A stretch of 64,000 bases of DNA, taken from Lepidodermella squamata. Taxonomy: Eukaryota > Animalia > Gastrotricha. The DNA is taken from the NCBI GenBank assembly GCA_047495785.1, contig JBLDXI010000002.1, positions 2,232,001 to 2,296,000 on the forward strand, read 5' to 3'. Both the position numbers and the translations under genes were made by a program. This document shows, one piece after another, positions 60,067 to 64,000 of this stretch. The first letter of the stretch is position 1. Every line of letters begins with the position of its first letter. The notes under the pieces are model-generated. The model was not told the DNA's origin, ran no database searches, and saw only the letters and a program-made list of their open reading frames with translations.

Positions 60067-61289
60067 CTACTGCTTTCCGAAAGTCTGAAAAAAGAAAGCG
60101 TTTCAACGAGAGCGGACAAATTAGTAAAATATTTCATTACGTTGCTTTTGATGAGATTCGACGAATCTGCGTCTTTCTTATAGTTGTACGAGGCTTTGAA
60201 TTGCTGAAAAAAATAATCGATTATAAAATAAAATTGCCTTAATATAAAATCGAATGGGATGACTTTGGCCTATCAAAAATCGAATGTGATAAGGTAAAGA
60301 CCCCGTTAAATCCTTGGATAGCCCAAGAAACGGCCAGCCCAGGTGTGTAAAATACTCATAGATACAGCTCAGTTCCGGCTACACAATAAATACTAAAGTT
60401 GAAAGGAAACAATTCATGATTTTTGGTAGAACTTTGGTGACCGCTTAATGGAACCTGCCTCATCGAAATGGAAATCGTATGACATTTTTAGATTGCCCTT
60501 TCTCTAGGCTATCCAACGATACCCCACTCATGGGGTCTTTACCTGGCCACCTTCGATTTTTGATAGGCTAGAGTCACCATATTTGACGGGAAAATTAATA
60601 ATGCTCACATTTGGAGGGGCGTTGGTGCGCCCCACGATAGGGGTTGGTTTCGGCTGCGGAACCGGCTGTGGGGCTGGCTGGGCAGCTTGCCGTGGTGCCC
60701 GAGGCATTTGCGGCATCTGTTGCGGCATCTGAGGCATTGGCATTTGCGGCATTTCGAATTGCGGAGGCGGGAAAAACTATTGAAATAAATTATTGAAATA
60801 AAAATACAAATTTTAACGCAAATTTACGGGAAGCGGTGGCGGAGGCGGTGGCCTAAAACAAGATTTTATAAGATTGGCAACAAATTTCCCGAAAAATCTT
60901 ACGGCATTGGCGGTGGTGGAATGGGTGGGGGTCCAGGCATAATCGGCGGAGTTCTGACTCTAGGCCGATCGTCCAATAAAACAAGCCATCTATCGTCATT
61001 TTTCGGCTCTTGAGGAGCCCCGAATAAGCCACCCTGTTGCTGTTGCTGCGGGGGCTGTTGCACAATTATAGTTTGTCCAGCGACTGGAACCACATTGGAC
61101 CCGCCCCCGAATCCGGGGCAGAGGGCTATTGGCACCGAAATATTTGACCTGGAAAATTGCGAGAAATTTTTTACCTGATGTATCGCAGCCTCCTCCGCAG
61201 CAGCAAATGCAGATCAGAACGCCGATAAGCACAAGCAGGATGAAGAGAAGGACACCTCCGATAATCAGCCCCAAGGTTAGCGTGTCCAT
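60067..61289 (-). CDS. Single-pass membrane protein with juxtamembrane Cys cluster and Pro/Gln-rich cytoplasmic tail
   Basis: MDTLTLGLIIGGVLLFILLVLIGVLICICCCGG; six exons joined by GT-AG introns; PPIMPGPPPIPPPPMP and PQM repeats; 3' exons less certain. Confidence 0.65.
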
Positions 61290-61649
61290 TACGGCGGGAC
61301 TATACTAACTCGCTCGCTACTTTCTCATTCTCATTTTGAGAGAATTTTACGAATGCAATTTTTTTGCGTGTCTCCGCACCTACTTTAGGTACTACCATTG
61401 ATATCTCTACCACCGTCATGTTGCCAGGCACTTCCAATTCATTGATGAATGACTCGAAAACAAACAAAACAACCAGAATATTTTGTCATTCTTTATTATT
61501 CTTGTAGTAATAATTAACTTATTTTACCAATTATTATTAATATTCAGCACTTTTTTCGAGTTGGAAGATAATTTCACCAAAAAATCACTCATGGTCCCTA
61601 AAACGAGGTCATTTTCATCACAACAAAATAAATTATGTCGCTTGATCAA

Positions 61650-64000
61650 TTAGAATGCGTAGTTTGAGTACAGTGAAGTTATTGGGATCGTGCAGTGCCA
61701 CGGCGGCAAATGCTTGACGAACTCCGCCAATTCGCCCGGCAACTCGCGCATTTCCTTATTCGCCGTCGAACCGCGGAAATATTGGCTCGTCACCGCGATA
61801 TCGAGCAGATTTTTCCCCGAGGCAGCCGCGTGGCCTGACGCGCCGACTTCGATCGTTAGAACGAAAGACCGTTGCTGGAGACGAGTCATATCGGCCGACG
61901 AGCCGAATCTGACCAGGACGAACCAGGTAGGCCGGGGTTCGGTTTCGGTCGGTTTCGGCGGCGCGACCAGTTTATCGGCTGGGAATTTGGAGATCGCAAT
62001 CGATTGATTGCCAAAATGCCACTTCAATAGCGCGGTGTGGCTTTGCGGTGATATGTACAGTGAGCAGTGAGGCGTATCGCCGCAGTCGACCCGGTATTGC
62101 AGCAGCCACCGACCCGCTTTTACCATGTACGGTGAGGTCGGCATTTGGCTGATCGTTGGCCAATATACATTTTTCAGAGTTTCTTCCGATGGCTTGATAT
62201 CAATCCAATATGTCAAATCTTTGATGAATTCGTTAAGGGGGAATAGGAAAGGGAGACCGCAGTATGGTTTAGTAACCGGGTCGTCACCTTGACACGCTTT
62301 TCTCGCCCTCGACCAATAATCGTCCAATTTAGGCGATAGTCCCTTCAAATTCGAAATACCGGTGTAGTCAAGCGGGACGAACCATAGCCCGGATTGGATC
62401 GGGGCAGTTTCCGTGTTGTCTTGAGCTGAGATGAACCGCCTTAACGTCAATTGAGCACCTGATCGTTGAGGCCGGGCGCCGTCCGCTCGACCGGGTATAA
62501 TTTGGTACGGGTACCCGAATGGTGTTAAAACCACGGTGATTATCGTAAATGCGGTTATTATGCCGATCGATTTTACGATTGGAGAAACATGGCCGCCGCT
62601 CAAATAGACAATTGGAGCCTAAATTGAACGAAAGATAATAAAATAATAAATAAGTCCGTCTTAATTTTAGTTTATATAATATTGAATAATTAATTCGCTC
62701 AAAAATGCCTTTTCAAAATTTTGGGACATTTCAGATATTCGAGAAAATTCTATAAAATTACAATAAAATTCTACGAAACAGAAATTTTGAAAAATTTATT
62801 AATTTTTGAAAAATTCAAAAATATCAAATATTTCTGGAAACTTACATGAAAGAACAAAATAATTGAAAGCACAGCGAGGGATAAAATAGACAGCAGAACG
62901 TCCGGGTTCGTCGCATTGCCGATTCGCCCGGTTAGCGGGACGAAAATTTCGAAAACCGGATCAGTGATGTAGAAGAAATAAACGGTAGGAATTAGGGTGA
63001 GAAAAGCGTGGCGGAAAAGTAGAGTCGCGCCGCCATTTCTACGGCCTCGTTTACCGGCTATCGGGATCAACCGGTCCATAATAAGGGCGCCAATCAGCGG
63101 CATGCCGACCCAGAAAACGCTGAAAACGTACGACGCTGCTACTAGGTGGTAGGTCAGGTGGCAAATTGGTATCGAACAAAGCAGTAGAGCTGCGTCGAAT
63201 GAAATGTCGTAGGACGTTTCGCATTTTTGGGCGAAATTCGCTGTGGCGCATTTTGGCACCATGACGTATTTAAAGCAAGCAGCGTGAACTAGGAACGCCA
63301 CTGCAGTTGCGGGTAGGGCGAATAACGGGAATAACAGCCACGGTTTGCCGTACCAGGACATACTGGCCGGGCTTTTACTCAGCAGGGTGCCTAAAGCAAC
63401 AGAGACAATTCCAGCGGCTACGACCGATAAAAGATGGGCAAAAATCGCCGAGGCCAACATTTTCCCGTAGGAAATCCCATCTCGACGATGCTTATCGCTG
63501 AAAAGAAGGCCGAAAATCCGGTAAAGAGTACCAGCCACAGCTAGAAAATTGGTGGCGAGTCCAACAGTCCGAAATGGGTACACGACAAGATACTGAAAAA
63601 TCCTCCTTAATTTTGGCTTAAATTCAATGATTGATTTTACTTACCATCGAAAAAATGTCGAAAAAGACCAATTTTTCGCCAGATCGATCGTTAGGATCTT
63701 CAACCGGAGGTATTTTAGCCAGGTCCATATTCGCCAGGGTTCGAACCAGCGCCAAAATGTTAGACCCAGCCCGTTGAAGCGTGCCGTCCGAAATGCGATC
63801 AGGCGTGTCGAATCGATTGTGGTAGACATAACCATTCGCGTAGAAGGCGAAGTCAACGCCTGGCAAATGGCCGTGGTCTCGGAAAATTCGAAAATCAGTG
63901 TCTGATGGGATGACCCCGGATTGGAACACCTCCTGCCCGCCAACACTCGCGTAAGGATACGGCGCCGATTCGGCGTAGGCGCGGACTAAAATTGGCGTGG
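61650..64000 (-). CDS. ERMP1: Endoplasmic reticulum metallopeptidase 1 (M28 family), 3' part; 5' end beyond window
   Basis: FQSGVIPSDTDFRIFRDHGHLPGVDFAFYANGYVYH..D; multi-TM region with FVPLTGRIGNATNPD; C-terminal domain with PYCGLPF. Confidence 0.9.

Noticed and set aside
61149-61174. 26-nt intron
   Set aside because: It leads to a stop within 8 codons; the acceptor near 61127 gives a 48-nt intron and an open frame.

Overview
This is eukaryotic, almost certainly compact-genome animal DNA: gene-dense, standard code, with many very short (37-70 nt) AT-rich introns, so the supplied ORFs are mostly single exons. Gene models below were spliced by hand, and all family names come from motif recognition, not database searches. 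Left to right: (1) a LamG/pentraxin-like + Cys-rich-repeat gene abutting a transposon end; (2) two tandem small single-pass membrane paralogs, one frameshifted at TTT-TAG; (3) a 6.9-kb rearranged, largely palindromic nest of non-autonomous CCCAG...CTGGG TIR elements, with a fold-back hairpin and a templated junction insert; (4) an unknown TPR-like gene; (5) three tandem V-ATPase V0 subunit a genes with long divergent cytosolic loops; (6) a secreted protein with K/H/D/F repeats; (7) a degenerate DNHD1-like dynein heavy chain hosting an intronless antisense GNAT gene; (8) a Cys-loop channel subunit with almost no intracellular domain; (9) two tandem genes fusing CBP/p300-type domains to RING-H2 (KIX-RING and TAZ-KIX-RING), convergent with a nuclear receptor carrying two DBD-like modules; (10) a CCDC17-like gene with an RFX X-box, a Pro-rich single-pass protein, and the 3' part of ERMP1. 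The best candidate for an undescribed system is the pair of putative 'coactivator-decoy' E3 ligases.
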